Shown one piece after another: positions 10,070-19,711 of a stretch of 64,000 nt of DNA. The DNA lies in contig CAWIYS010000001.1 in assembly GCA_963840385.1 (NCBI GenBank), positions 239,411 to 303,410 of the forward strand, given 5' to 3'. The translations under genes and the position numbers were made by a program. How positions within the stretch are numbered: the stretch's first letter is position 1; each line of letters begins with the position of its first letter. Under the pieces are notes generated by a model. It was not told where the DNA came from. It was given only the letters and a program-made list of their open reading frames with translations, and ran no database searches. This stretch comes from an uncultured Chloroflexia bacterium (GTDB taxonomy: Bacteria; Chloroflexota; Dehalococcoidia; DSTF01; JACRBR01).

Positions 10070-11047
10070 TCAAGCGGATTGCATTCCGGCCAGCCGCCGC
10101 GTGATGATGGCCTCTGCCTCGCTCATGATTCGATCGATGAGCTCCTTCACCGTTGGTACGTCGTGGATGAGCCCGGCGACCATGCCGCACGACCAGGCAC
10201 CCGCATTGACATCGCCGTCGCGCATGACCCGGGGATAGATGCCAGCGACTTCAGGGATGATGTCCTCGAACTTGAGATTCGCGCCGAGCGACTTCTCCTT
10301 TTCCATCAACCGGTCGACGCCGGCGTTCGCGAGGACCCGCTCGGTGTTGCGCAAACCGCGCATGATGAGGCGCGTGTCGAGCTCGCTTGCGTCCACGAGC
10401 GCCTGCTTCACGTTCGCGTGGACGGGCGCCTCTTTGGTGGCGATGAACCGGGTACCCATGTTGATGCCGTCGGCGCCCATGGCGAGCGAAGCCACGAGGC
10501 TTCGTCCGTCTGCCATGCCACCGGACGCAACGAAGGGAATCTTTAGCTCTTCCCCGGCGCGGGGCAAGAGGATGAAGTTCGGCACGTCGTCTTCACCAGG
10601 GTGACCGCCGCATTCGAAGCCGTCCACGGAAACGGCATCGCAACCGATTCGCTCGGCCTTGAGCGCGTGGCGAACAGAAGTGCACTTGTGGATGACCTTG
10701 ACGCCCGCCTCCTTGAGCAGCGGCATCCATTGAGCGGGATTGTTGCCCGCCGTCTCCACGATCTTGACACCGCTCTCCACGATAACCTTGAACAGCCCCG
10801 GGTAGTCGGGGGGCGTGAGAGACGGAAGGAAGGTCATGTTCACGCCGAACGGCTTGTCGGTCATTTCGCGGCATCGCGCGATTTCGTTCGCCAGCTTCTC
10901 GGGCGTGCCTTGCGTCAGCCCTGTGATGATGCCGAGGCCGCCTGCGTTGGAAACCGCCGAGGCAAGTTCGGCGAGACCAACGAAATGCATGCCGCCCTGG
11001 ATGATTGGGTGCTCGATGCCGAAAAGCTCCGTGATTCGCGTCTTCAT
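10070..11047 (-). CDS. nitronate monooxygenase/NAD(P)H-dependent flavin oxidoreductase (NMO family)
   Basis: Start MKTRITELFGIEHPIIQGGMHFV and the FMN-binding GGMADGRSL. Confidence 0.85.
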   Translation of the reverse strand: MKTRITELFGIEHPIIQGGMHFVGLAELASAVSNAGGLGIITGLTQGTPEKLANEIARCREMTDKPFGVNMTFLPSLTPPDYPGLFKVIVESGVKIVETAGNNPAQWMPLLKEAGVKVIHKCTSVRHALKAERIGCDAVSVDGFECGGHPGEDDVPNFILLPRAGEELKIPFVASGGMADGRSLVASLAMGADGINMGTRFIATKEAPVHANVKQALVDASELDTRLIMRGLRNTERVLANAGVDRLMEKEKSLGANLKFEDIIPEVAGIYPRVMRDGDVNAGAWSCGMVAGLIHDVPTVKELIDRIMSEAEAIITRRLAGMQSA

Positions 11048-11373
11048 CTTCTGTCTGATCTCCTGAGTAGAGCCAAAGCGTTGGGACGAGAGGCAGCCAG
11101 AAATCGGCCGTTACCACCATTGTGTGTGGGGTTGGAGCGGGAGATGGGACCCGAACCCGGCACCCCCGCTTGGGAAGAAATCTGGTCGCTGCGCGACTGC
11201 CGCGAGGATCAGCATACAGCGTCAATCACGTCGGTGAAATGACGGCAGATTGACGGTTCTTCAACGACACGGGCGCAGCGAAATCGTGATCGCGGGTCGT
11301 TGGCAATCCGTCAGCAAACTTGCCGCAAGTTGGAATCCCGGCAATTGCCGGGTGTTGCGACGCGAGGTGGACT

Positions 11374-11461
11374 TGGTGCCGAAGGTGGGAGTCGAACCCA
11401 CATGAGCCTTGCGGCCCAACGGTTTTTGAGACCGTCGCGTCTGCCATTCCGCCACTTCGGC
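11374..11461 (-). tRNA. tRNA-Leu (anticodon CAA)
   Basis: The reverse complement reads GCCGAAGTGGCGGAATGGCAGACGCG ACGGT-CTCAAAA-ACCGT, followed by a long variable arm, a T-arm GGTTCGA and CCA. The acceptor stem pairs GCCGAAG with CTTCGGC. Confidence 0.8.
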
Positions 11462-11517
11462 CCGTCGCCGGAGTCTAGCAGCTATCGGCGCTCACACGCC
11501 CGCGGACTCGCGCGCCG

Positions 11518-11955
11518 TCACATCACGAGCGGCTTGATGTCGGTGACACGCGTCGGGTCGTCCTTCCACGCGTCCGACGCGTCGACGTACAGCTCGATGC
11601 CGTTGCCGTCGGGGTCGTGGATGTACAGCGCGAGCGACACCGTGTGGTCGGCCGAGCCGTCGATGGCGACGCCGGCGCGCTCCAGCTCGGTTTTCGCCTG
11701 CCGCAGCTGGTCCGGCGAATCGCCGATCTTGAACGCGACGTGGTAGAGCCCCGGGGCATCGGCGGGCGCCGAGGGCGCGGCGTCGCCGACGGCCAGCAGC
11801 GCGAGGTCGTGGTGATTGCCGAGCGTGAAGAACGTCATCGTCCCGGACGGGTGGCGCGCGGCGATCGGGATGCCGAGCACGCCGTTGTAGAACGCCTCGG
11901 CGCGTTCGAGGTTGCGGACCTTGAGCACGGCGTGCCCGAACGACTGGACCTGCAT
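11518..11955 (-). CDS. VOC/glyoxalase family protein
   Basis: ATG at 11955 with an AGGAGG SD. The protein starts MQVQSFGHAVLKVRNLERAEAFY. Confidence 0.8.
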   Translation of the reverse strand: MQVQSFGHAVLKVRNLERAEAFYNGVLGIPIAARHPSGTMTFFTLGNHHDLALLAVGDAAPSAPADAPGLYHVAFKIGDSPDQLRQAKTELERAGVAIDGSADHTVSLALYIHDPDGNGIELYVDASDAWKDDPTRVTDIKPLVM

Positions 11956-12445
11956 TGAAGGTTCCTCCTGTTGTCGCAATGGTGGGGTGCGGGTGGTGGT
12001 GGGCCGATCCAGCCTAACCCAGACATCTTGACGATTGCCAAGTTCGGCTATACTGGCGGCGGCGCGGAGCTCGCGATGCTCCGGCGTCCTGGAAAGCAGG
12101 AGTTCATGCGGACCACTCCTTCGGTCGCTGTGCCGGCGTTCGCCGTCGCGTCTCCTGCCGTGACCTCCGCCTAACGCCGCCCTATATCGGGCGGACCCCC
12201 TCACGGCCACGGGCGCGACGGCGCTCGCGGCCTTCTTCATTACCCGTAGACCTTGAGCCTCGGTCGACACTCCGCGCACGCGCGCGTGGCATCGATTCAC
12301 GATCCGCGCCCGCATCGTCAGGCGCGACCAACAACAAGGAGTAGCAACATGCGCAAGCCCACGGTGGTGACACGGAACCTCTTCGTCCAGTTCGTTGCAT
12401 CGGACGACGGCCACGACGCCGCGTCCGTCCGAAAGAGGAACCACC

Positions 12446-12838
12446 GTGTCCAACACGTACCGAGACCGCGCGCGACGCCGTCGCGCCGGAGCTGGCGATG
12501 AGTTTCGCTGCCGGCACTGCCGGATGTTCGTCGGCGTGCTGCCGTCGGGAGGGCGGCATCGGAACCACTGCCCGTTCTGCCTCTACTCCCGCCACGTCGA
12601 CGGCCGGCGGCCGGGCGACCGCGCGAGCGGCTGCGGCGGCTCGATGATGCCCGTCGCCGCGTTCACTCGACGTAACGGAGAGCACGCCATCGTGCATCGT
12701 TGTGCCGACTGCGGCTTCGAGCGCTACAACCGCATCGCCGCCGACGACGATTTCGTCCTCGTGCTGAAGCTGCCCGCCGTCGAGCCGCGCGCCGGCCGGC
12801 GCGCTGAGGTCGAGGCCGACTGGGAACATACGGCGTAG
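12446..12838 (+). CDS. RNHCP domain protein (zinc-ribbon)
   Basis: GTG at 12446 follows GAAAGAGGAA. The Cys pairs CRHC...HCPFC...CADCG match the RNHCP signature. Confidence 0.65.
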   Translation: MSNTYRDRARRRRAGAGDEFRCRHCRMFVGVLPSGGRHRNHCPFCLYSRHVDGRRPGDRASGCGGSMMPVAAFTRRNGEHAIVHRCADCGFERYNRIAADDDFVLVLKLPAVEPRAGRRAEVEADWEHTA

Positions 12839-12864
12839 CATCGCGTCGTGGCACAGCAAGGAGA

Positions 12865-12891
12865 GGGGCGGCCGGTCGATCCGGCCGCCCC
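12865..12891 (+). terminator. GC-rich hairpin terminator after the RNHCP gene
   Basis: GGGGCGGCCGG-TCGAT-CCGGCCGCCCC, an 11-bp perfect stem followed by TTCTGTCG. Confidence 0.4.
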
Positions 12892-12999
12892 TTCTGTCGA
12901 ATCCGCGATGCCCGCGGCGAAATAGCTTCGCCGAGTACTCCCGACCGATCATAATGCCCTTCGCCCACGCGATGCCCGCCGATACAATGCCTGCGCACC

Positions 13000-14124
13000 A
13001 TGTCCGATACGCACGTTTCGACGCTACGCAAGACGCCGCTCTTCGACCTGCACGAGCGGCAGGGCGGCCGCATCGTCGAGTTCGGCGGCTGGGCGATGCC
13101 GGTGCAGTACCGCGGCATCGTCGAGGAGCACCACGCGGTGCGCCGCCGCGCCGGCGTATTCGACGTCTCGCACATGGGCCGCTTGTTCGTCGTTGGCCGC
13201 GACGCAGTGCAGTTGCTGCGGCGCGCGCTCACCTACGACGTCTCGACGCTTGCCGAGGGCCGCGGCCACTACACGCTGCTCTGCAACGAGCAGGGCGGCA
13301 TCATCGACGACCCGTACCTGTACCGCCTTGACGAGCGAGCGCTTCCTCTTCGTCGGCAATGCATCCAACGCCGCGCGTGACACCGAGGTCGTCCGCGCGC
13401 TCGTGCGGCCCGAGATGGACGTCGAGCTGCTGGACCGGCAGGAGCAGACGGTGATGCTGGCTGTGCAGGGGCCGCAGGCCGCCGCGCACTTGGCGCGCAT
13501 CGTCGGCCAGGAGTTGACGGCCGTTGACGAAGCGAGGCTGCACCGAGCTGCCGTTCATGGGCTACAAGCTGTTCGCATCGCGCACGGGCTACACCGGCGA
13601 GGACGGCTTCGAGCTGGCGACGTCGATCGAGGCGGGCCGCGCGCTCTGGAGCCAGCTGATCGACGCCGGCGTCGAGCCGTGCGGGCTCGGCGCGCGCGAC
13701 ACGCTGCGGCTCGAGGCCGCGCTGCCGCTCTGGGGCCACGACATCGACGAGACGACGAACCCGTACGAGGCGGGCCTCGGCTGGGTGGTGAGCCTCGACG
13801 ATGGCGCGGAGTTCACCGGCCGCGACGCGCTGGCGCGCATCAAGTCGGCCGGCGTGACGCGAAAGCTCGCCCACCTGCGTGCCATCGATCGCGGCGTCAT
13901 CCGCGACGGCTGCCCGGTGCTGCGCGGCGGCGAGCGCGTCGGCGTCGTGACGAGCGGCAGCTTCTCGCCGACGCTCGGCACGAGCATCGCGATGGCGTAC
14001 CTGCCGCGTCGAGTTGGCGGCGCCCGGCACCGAGCTGGATGTCGACGTGCGCGGCCGCATCGTGCGGGCGACCGTCGTGCGCCGGCCGTTCGTCGAAGGC
14101 GGTACACAGGCCTCGGCGGTGTAG
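13000..14124 (+). CDS. gcvT: aminomethyltransferase (glycine cleavage system T protein), split over three frames
   Basis: N-terminus MSDTHVSTLRKTPLFDLHERQGGRIVEFGGWAMPVQY. The body continues in the 13193 and 13524 frames, and the end ...FVEGGTQASAV is back in the first frame. Confidence 0.8.
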
Positions 14125-14203
14125 CGGCCGCCGCAACGATCGAAACGTAGGGACAGGTCTTCAGACCTGTCAGCCCGAATGCAGGCGATAGACGGAGTGA
14201 CCG

Positions 14204-14590
14204 ATGGCAGCAAGCCCAACCGACCGGCGGTATTCCAAGGAACATGAGTGGCTGAAGGTCGACGGCGACAGCGCGACCATCGGCATCACCGATTACGCGC
14301 AGGAACAGCTTGGCGACGTCGTGTACGTCGACCTGCCGGCGCCCGGCACGACGGTCACGCAGTTCGAGAAGATGGGCGAGGTCGAGTCGGTGAAGGCCGT
14401 CTCCGATCTCTTCACGCCGGCGTCGGGAGAGGTGCTGGACGTGAACCAGGCCGTCGTCGAGAAGCCCGAGCTGGTGAACAGCGACCCGCACGGCGAGGGC
14501 TGGCTCATCCGCATCCGGCTGAGCGATGCATCGGAGGCGGACAAACTGCTGTCGTCGGAGGAGTACGACGCGCTGATCAAGGAGAGCTAG
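14204..14590 (+). CDS. gcvH: glycine cleavage system H protein
   Basis: The lipoyl-lysine motif EVESVKAVSDL is present. The protein is 128 aa. Confidence 0.9.
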   Translation: MAASPTDRRYSKEHEWLKVDGDSATIGITDYAQEQLGDVVYVDLPAPGTTVTQFEKMGEVESVKAVSDLFTPASGEVLDVNQAVVEKPELVNSDPHGEGWLIRIRLSDASEADKLLSSEEYDALIKES

Positions 14591-14627
14591 CGACGGGCCG
14601 CAGGACGCATTTCAAGAGCGCAGGACA

Positions 14628-15941
14628 TTGACCGAACCACACCCCTACATTCCGCTCACCGACGACGATCGCGCAGCGATGCTCGCGACGATCGGCGCAG
14701 CGTCGACGGATGCGCTGTTCGACGACATTCCCGCCGAGTTTCGGCATCCGCGGCTGTGCCTGCCGGACGCGCTGTCCGAGCTGGAGTTGCTCGATGACGC
14801 GCGGGCGCTCGCGGCGCGCAACCGCACGGCGGCGGACTACGCCTGCTTCCTCGGCGCGGGAGCGTATCGCCACTTCACGCCGTCGATCGTCTGGCCGCTC
14901 GTCATGCGCGGCGAGTTCCTCACGAGCTACACGCCGTACCAGCCCGAGGTCAGCCAGGGCACGCTGCAGACCATCTTCGAGTTCCAGTCGCTGGTCTGCG
15001 AGCTGACCGGCATGGACGTCGCCAACGCCGGCATGTACGACGGCGCCTCTGCGCTCGCCGAGGCGTGCCTGATGGCGTGCGCCGTCACCGGCCGCGCGCG
15101 CATCGCCATCTCGGATCGCGTGCACCCGAACTGGCTCTCCGTCGTGCGAGGCTACGCGCACGGCCGCGGCATCGCCGTCGACGTCCAGCCGCACGGCGCG
15201 TTCAGCATCACCGACGAGCACGCGTGCCTCGCCGTCTCGCAGCCCGACTTTCTCGGCCGCATGTCGTGCGAAGCGGCGGCGTGGGGCGATGCGGCGCACG
15301 CCGCTCGTGCGCTCTTCGTCGTCGCCGCCGAGCCGGTGAGCCTCGGCCTCTACCGGCCGCCGTCGGAGTACGGCGCCGACATCGTCGTCGCCGAGGGCCA
15401 GTCGCTCGGCGTGCCGATGAGCTTCGGCGGGCCGTACGTCGGCATGTTCGCCTGCCGCAACGCGTTCGTGCGACAGATGCCCGGCCGCATCGTCGGCCAG
15501 ACGAAGGACCACGAGGGCCGCACGGGCTACGTGCTGACGCTGCAGACGCGCGAGCAGCACATCCGCCGCGAGCGCGCGACGAGCAACATCTGCACAAGCG
15601 AGCAGCTCATCGCGCTGGCGACGGTCGTGCACCTGGCGTCGCTCGGCCCGCGCGGGCTGCGCCGCGTCGCCGAGCTGTGCTACGAGAAGGCGCACTACGC
15701 CGCGGGCCGCATCGACGGGCTGCCGGGATACGACGTCGAGCGCGGCGAGCCGTTCTTCCAAGAGTTCGTCGTGCGCACCCCGAAACCGCCAGCCGAGATC
15801 AACCACGCGCTCATCGAGCGCCGCATCATCGGCGGTCTCGATGTCTCAGACGGCGTGCAGGGCCGCATGCTGCTCTGTGCCACCGAGCTGAACAACCGCG
15901 CCGAGATCGACGCGCTGGTGGAGGCGCTGCGCGATGCCTGA
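14628..15941 (+). CDS. gcvPA: glycine dehydrogenase (decarboxylating) subunit 1
   Basis: Intact 437-aa ORF with N-terminus MTEPHPYIPLTDDDRAAMLATIG... and the TSYTPYQPEVSQG motif. Confidence 0.9.
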   Translation: MTEPHPYIPLTDDDRAAMLATIGAASTDALFDDIPAEFRHPRLCLPDALSELELLDDARALAARNRTAADYACFLGAGAYRHFTPSIVWPLVMRGEFLTSYTPYQPEVSQGTLQTIFEFQSLVCELTGMDVANAGMYDGASALAEACLMACAVTGRARIAISDRVHPNWLSVVRGYAHGRGIAVDVQPHGAFSITDEHACLAVSQPDFLGRMSCEAAAWGDAAHAARALFVVAAEPVSLGLYRPPSEYGADIVVAEGQSLGVPMSFGGPYVGMFACRNAFVRQMPGRIVGQTKDHEGRTGYVLTLQTREQHIRRERATSNICTSEQLIALATVVHLASLGPRGLRRVAELCYEKAHYAAGRIDGLPGYDVERGEPFFQEFVVRTPKPPAEINHALIERRIIGGLDVSDGVQGRMLLCATELNNRAEIDALVEALRDA

Positions 15942-17419
15942 GAAGCACCTGATGGAACTCTCGCGCCCCGGCCGCATCGGCGTCGCGCTGCCCGCGTCCG
16001 ACGTGCCCGCCGCCGAGCCGGTGCCGGCCGAGCTGCTGCGTCGCGAGCTGCGGCTGCCCGAGCTGTCGCAACTCGACGTCGTGCGGCACTTCACGCGCCT
16101 GTCGCAGCTCAACTGGTCCGTCGACACGCACATGTACCCGCTCGGCTCGTGCACCATGAAGCTCAACCCGAAGGTGAACGATGCCATCGCCGCCATGCCC
16201 GGCTTCGCCGACGCGCACCCGATGCAGCCCGCCGCCGACGTGCAGGGCGCGCTCGCCGTCATGCACCGCCTGCAGCTCGACCTCGCCGAGATCAGCGGCA
16301 TGGACGACGTGTCGCTGGCGCCGCTCGCCGGTGCGCAGGGTGAGCTGTCGGGCATCCTCACGATCAAGGCATATCTCGAGTCGAACGGCGAGCATCGCAC
16401 GACGGTGCTCGTCCCCGATTCGGCGCACGGCACGAACCCCGCGACCGCATCGATGGCCGGCTTCGACGTCGTCGCGGTGAAGTCGCAGGCCGGACGGCGA
16501 CATGGACCTCGACGCGCTGCGACGTCGCGCTCGAGGAGCACGGCCCCACCGTCGCGGCGCTGATGATCACGCTGCCGAGCACGCTCGGCCTCTTCGACCG
16601 CAACATCGTGCGCATCGCCGAGATGGTGCACGCGCACGGCGCGCAGATGTACGGCGACGGCGCGAACCTCAACGCGATGCTCGGCCAGGTGAAGCCGGGC
16701 GACCTCGGCTTCGACGTCATGCACATCAACCTGCACAAGACGTTCAGCCAGCCGCACGGCGGCGGCGGCCCCGGCGCCGGCCCGATCGCGGTGAAGGCGC
16801 ATCTCGACCGCCGTTCATGCCGTCTCCGCATGTCGAAGTTGTCCCAGCTCCCCCTCTCCCCTTGAGGGAGAGGGGGCCGGGGGGTGAGGGTTCCGAGCAA
16901 TACGTCCTCGCCGATCCGCCGCAGAGCATCGGCCGGATGGGCGCGTTTCACGGCAACTTCGGCGTGCTGCTGCGCGCGTACGCCTACATCCGCGCGCTCG
17001 GCGCCGGCGGGCTGCGCTCGATCAGCGAGGCGGCCGTGCTGAACGCGAACTACGTGCAGGCCCGCATGCGCGGCGCGTACGAACTGGCGAACGACCGCAC
17101 GTGCATGCACGAGGTGCTCTTCAGCGGCCGTCGCCAGAAGGCGCACGGCGTCCGCACGCTCGACATCGCCAAGCGGATGATCGACTACGGCTACCACCCG
17201 CCGACGATCTACTTCCCGCTCGTCGTCGAAGAGGCGCTGATGATCGAGCCGACGGAGAGCGAGTCGAAGGAGACGCTCGACGCCTTCTGCGACGCCATGC
17301 TCCAGATCGCCCACGAAGCCGAGACCGACCCGGATCTCCTGCACGACGCCCCCCACACCGCCCCCCTCGGCCGCCTCGACGAAGCGACAGCCGCACGGAA
17401 GCCTGTATTGCGCTGGTGA
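15934..17419 (+). CDS. gcvPB: glycine dehydrogenase subunit 2, split over three frames
   Basis: Starts [17 protein letters not shown]... and overlaps the gcvPA stop. The middle part ([12 protein letters not shown]...HINLHKTF) and the C-terminal part are in shifted frames. Confidence 0.85.
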
Positions 17420-17569
17420 CCGGATAGCCTGTTCAGCGATCCGGACGCCCGACAGCGTCCGGGCTGTCACCGCGCGTCGTGGCTTCGCCCAAAGATCCTG
17501 AGATTACGATTTCCGGGAATCTGTGATTTATGGTATTCTGGTGCCGATATTGATTGTAGAGGTGTCTCC

Positions 17570-17863
17570 ATGGCGGACGCGAGCATCGTTCGGCAGCTTC
17601 GAAATGGCCAGATCACAATTCCCAAGCGCTTTCGCGAAGCGCTCGGGCTCCGTGACGACGACCTTCTCTCGATCACCATCGAAGATGACCGTCTCGAACT
17701 CGCGCCGATGCGGGTGAGCGAGAAGCGGCCAGGCTCGGACTGGATGCGCGAACTCTACGAGCTGTACGCGCCCGCACGCCGGAGCCTGAAGCGCGTGAGC
17801 GAAGCCGACATCAACAAGGCGGTCGGCGCCGCCGTCCGGGGTTCGCGTTCGCGGCGGCGATGA
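17570..17863 (+). CDS. AbrB/MazE/SpoVT-type antitoxin (VapB-like)
   Basis: 97-aa protein. GQITIPKRFREALGL is the swapped-hairpin motif. Its stop overlaps the downstream gene start in ATGA. Confidence 0.75.
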   Translation: MADASIVRQLRNGQITIPKRFREALGLRDDDLLSITIEDDRLELAPMRVSEKRPGSDWMRELYELYAPARRSLKRVSEADINKAVGAAVRGSRSRRR

Positions 17864-18273
17864 AAGCCGTCCTCGATACGGTCGTCTTCGTCCGGGCACT
17901 CATCAATCCGCACGGTATCTGGGGCCAGTTGCTTGACGCTCACGACGAGTACGATCTCGTGATTTCGCCTGCGATCCTGGCCGAAATAGTCGACGTGCTC
18001 AACCGGCCCGAGCTCCTCCAGCAGTTCCCGCGCATGTCGGCGCTGCCCGATGTCCGGCGCGTGCTCGACATCATTGCGAAGGCAGAGGTCGTGGAACCGG
18101 CGAGCGTCGAGCCGGTGTGCCGCGATCGAAACGACGACAAGTTCTTCGCGTGTGCAGTCGCGGGCGGCGCCGGCTACATCGTCAGTGAGGATAAGGACAT
18201 CCTGACCGTCGGCGAGCATCGCGGCGTCCGGACTATTCGCGCCGCCGAGTTCCTCGCGCTGCTCGGCCGCTAG
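17860..18273 (+). CDS. PIN-domain toxin (VapC-like)
   Basis: 137-aa protein with an acidic N-terminus VLDTVVFV and SED motifs. It is coupled to the upstream antitoxin gene. Confidence 0.75.
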   Translation: MKAVLDTVVFVRALINPHGIWGQLLDAHDEYDLVISPAILAEIVDVLNRPELLQQFPRMSALPDVRRVLDIIAKAEVVEPASVEPVCRDRNDDKFFACAVAGGAGYIVSEDKDILTVGEHRGVRTIRAAEFLALLGR

Positions 18274-18301
18274 CGGGGACGGCTCTCGGCGTAACACAAC
18301 G

Positions 18302-19711
18302 TTACGCGTCCGCCCACACCGCCTCATGCGTCCCCAGCGGCACGGTCGGCAGCTCCCAGCGCGGTGGCGTGACGGCGAGTTGCGTCGCGGGTCGCAGATG
18401 CGTGACGTCCCCGAACGGCGTCGCCGTCGTCATGAGCAGATCGCTCAAGTCGCCGACGCCCGTCGCGGCCGCCGGATCGTATTCGGCGCCGAGGCGGCCG
18501 ATCCACATCGCCGTCTGGCACAGCGACGCCCGCACGAGCCAGCTACCGCCCTCGCGCGCGCGGCGGGCGAGCGCGATCATCGTGCCGTAGGCGGCGAGAT
18601 ATCCCGTCGTGTAGTCGCACGCCGCCGCGGGAACGAGCCGAGGCGGTCCCGGCGCGCCCTGCGCGGCCGCCATCCCCGTCGCTGACTGAGCCAGCTGCTC
18701 CCAGCCCGGGCGACCGCGCCACGGCCCGACGTGCCCGTAGCAGTTGATCGCGACGTGCACGATGCCGGGCCGCATCGCGACGACCTCCTCCGCGCCGAAG
18801 CCGCGCCTCGCGAGCGCACCGTGCCGGAAGCCGTCGACGAACACGTCGGCGGATTCGAGAAGGGATCGAAGGCGCGCCGGGCCGTCGCGGTCGTCGAGGT
18901 CGACGTACGCCGATCGCTTGCCGTGCCCCGTCTCGATGTCGAACAACTCGATCGCCGGCAGATTGGGCGACGCGATGCGGAGAACATCGGCGCCATGCTC
19001 GGCGAGCGCGCGGCCGCACGCTGGCCCGGCGAGCACGCGCGTGAGATCGAGCACTCGCACGCCGGCGAGCGGCCGCCGGTCCGACGTCAACGGCTGCGGC
19101 GGGTGTTCGCCCACCTTGATGACCTCGACGGCAGGCAGCTCGGCGAGCGCCTCGCCCTGCGGGTGCGCGGCCCACTCCTCCGCCGTGCGCGCGATTGCCC
19201 CGCACAGCCCGCGATCGGCGAGCGCGTCCTCCAGTTCGGCCGCGTTCCACGAACGCACTGCCGCCGCGATGCTCGCTGCGTCGTCGTCGCAGCCGAGCAC
19301 CCCGAGCGTGCCGCGGCGCAGGTTCGGAAAGCCGCCGTGCAGGTGGATCCAGCGCCCGTCGCCGCACTCGTACAGCGCGACCGACGGGTTGCTCTCGTTG
19401 ATACGGGCGATCGCGTGACCCGCCACGCGCACATGCGCGAAGCCGAGCAGCGACGCCGCCGCGGCCCGCACGCTGGCGCGCGCCTCCTGCGCCACACCGG
19501 TGCGCCGATGCCACAGATCGGCCGCCGCCGCGCCGCAGGCGCCGAGCGCCACCGCCGCCGCCTCGCCGATCGCGAATCGCGCGCCGAGCACAGGATCGCC
19601 GCCGTCGATGGTCACCGATGCGCCAGGTGGAAGTTCGAGCCGGCCTGCGCCCAAGATTTCGTCGAGGCGAGCAGCGTCCACGTCAACCGCGCTCGCCGGC
19701 GGCGACGACAC
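18302..19711 (-). CDS. CoA transferase family III protein with an atypical roughly 210-aa N-terminal extension
   Basis: The CoA-binding motif PLAGVRVLDLTRVLAGP begins near residue 214. A canonical C-terminal end ...PLGTHEAVWADA is present. Confidence 0.75.
   Translation of the reverse strand: MSSPPASAVDVDAARLDEILGAGRLELPPGASVTIDGGDPVLGARFAIGEAAAVALGACGAAAADLWHRRTGVAQEARASVRAAAASLLGFAHVRVAGHAIARINESNPSVALYECGDGRWIHLHGGFPNLRRGTLGVLGCDDDAASIAAAVRSWNAAELEDALADRGLCGAIARTAEEWAAHPQGEALAELPAVEVIKVGEHPPQPLTSDRRPLAGVRVLDLTRVLAGPACGRALAEHGADVLRIASPNLPAIELFDIETGHGKRSAYVDLDDRDGPARLRSLLESADVFVDGFRHGALARRGFGAEEVVAMRPGIVHVAINCYGHVGPWRGRPGWEQLAQSATGMAAAQGAPGPPRLVPAAACDYTTGYLAAYGTMIALARRAREGGSWLVRASLCQTAMWIGRLGAEYDPAAATGVGDLSDLLMTTATPFGDVTHLRPATQLAVTPPRWELPTVPLGTHEAVWADA

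Noticed and set aside
7370-10546. 1058-aa ORF on the + strand
   Set aside because: It is low-complexity and Arg/Ala-rich, and it lies antisense to three well-supported minus-strand genes (CoA-transferase, PLD, NMO). This is a typical high-GC spurious open frame.
11226-11455. Two small minus-strand ORFs (73 and 64 aa)
   Set aside because: They overlap the tRNA-Leu gene and its flanks, and are artefacts of the stop-free structured RNA sequence.
12892-12999. Glycine riboswitch upstream of gcvT
   Set aside because: The leader is only about 100 nt and lacks the GGAGAG...ACCGAAGGGGCAA/CUCUGGAGAG aptamer hallmarks. It holds only a terminator-like hairpin from the upstream gene.
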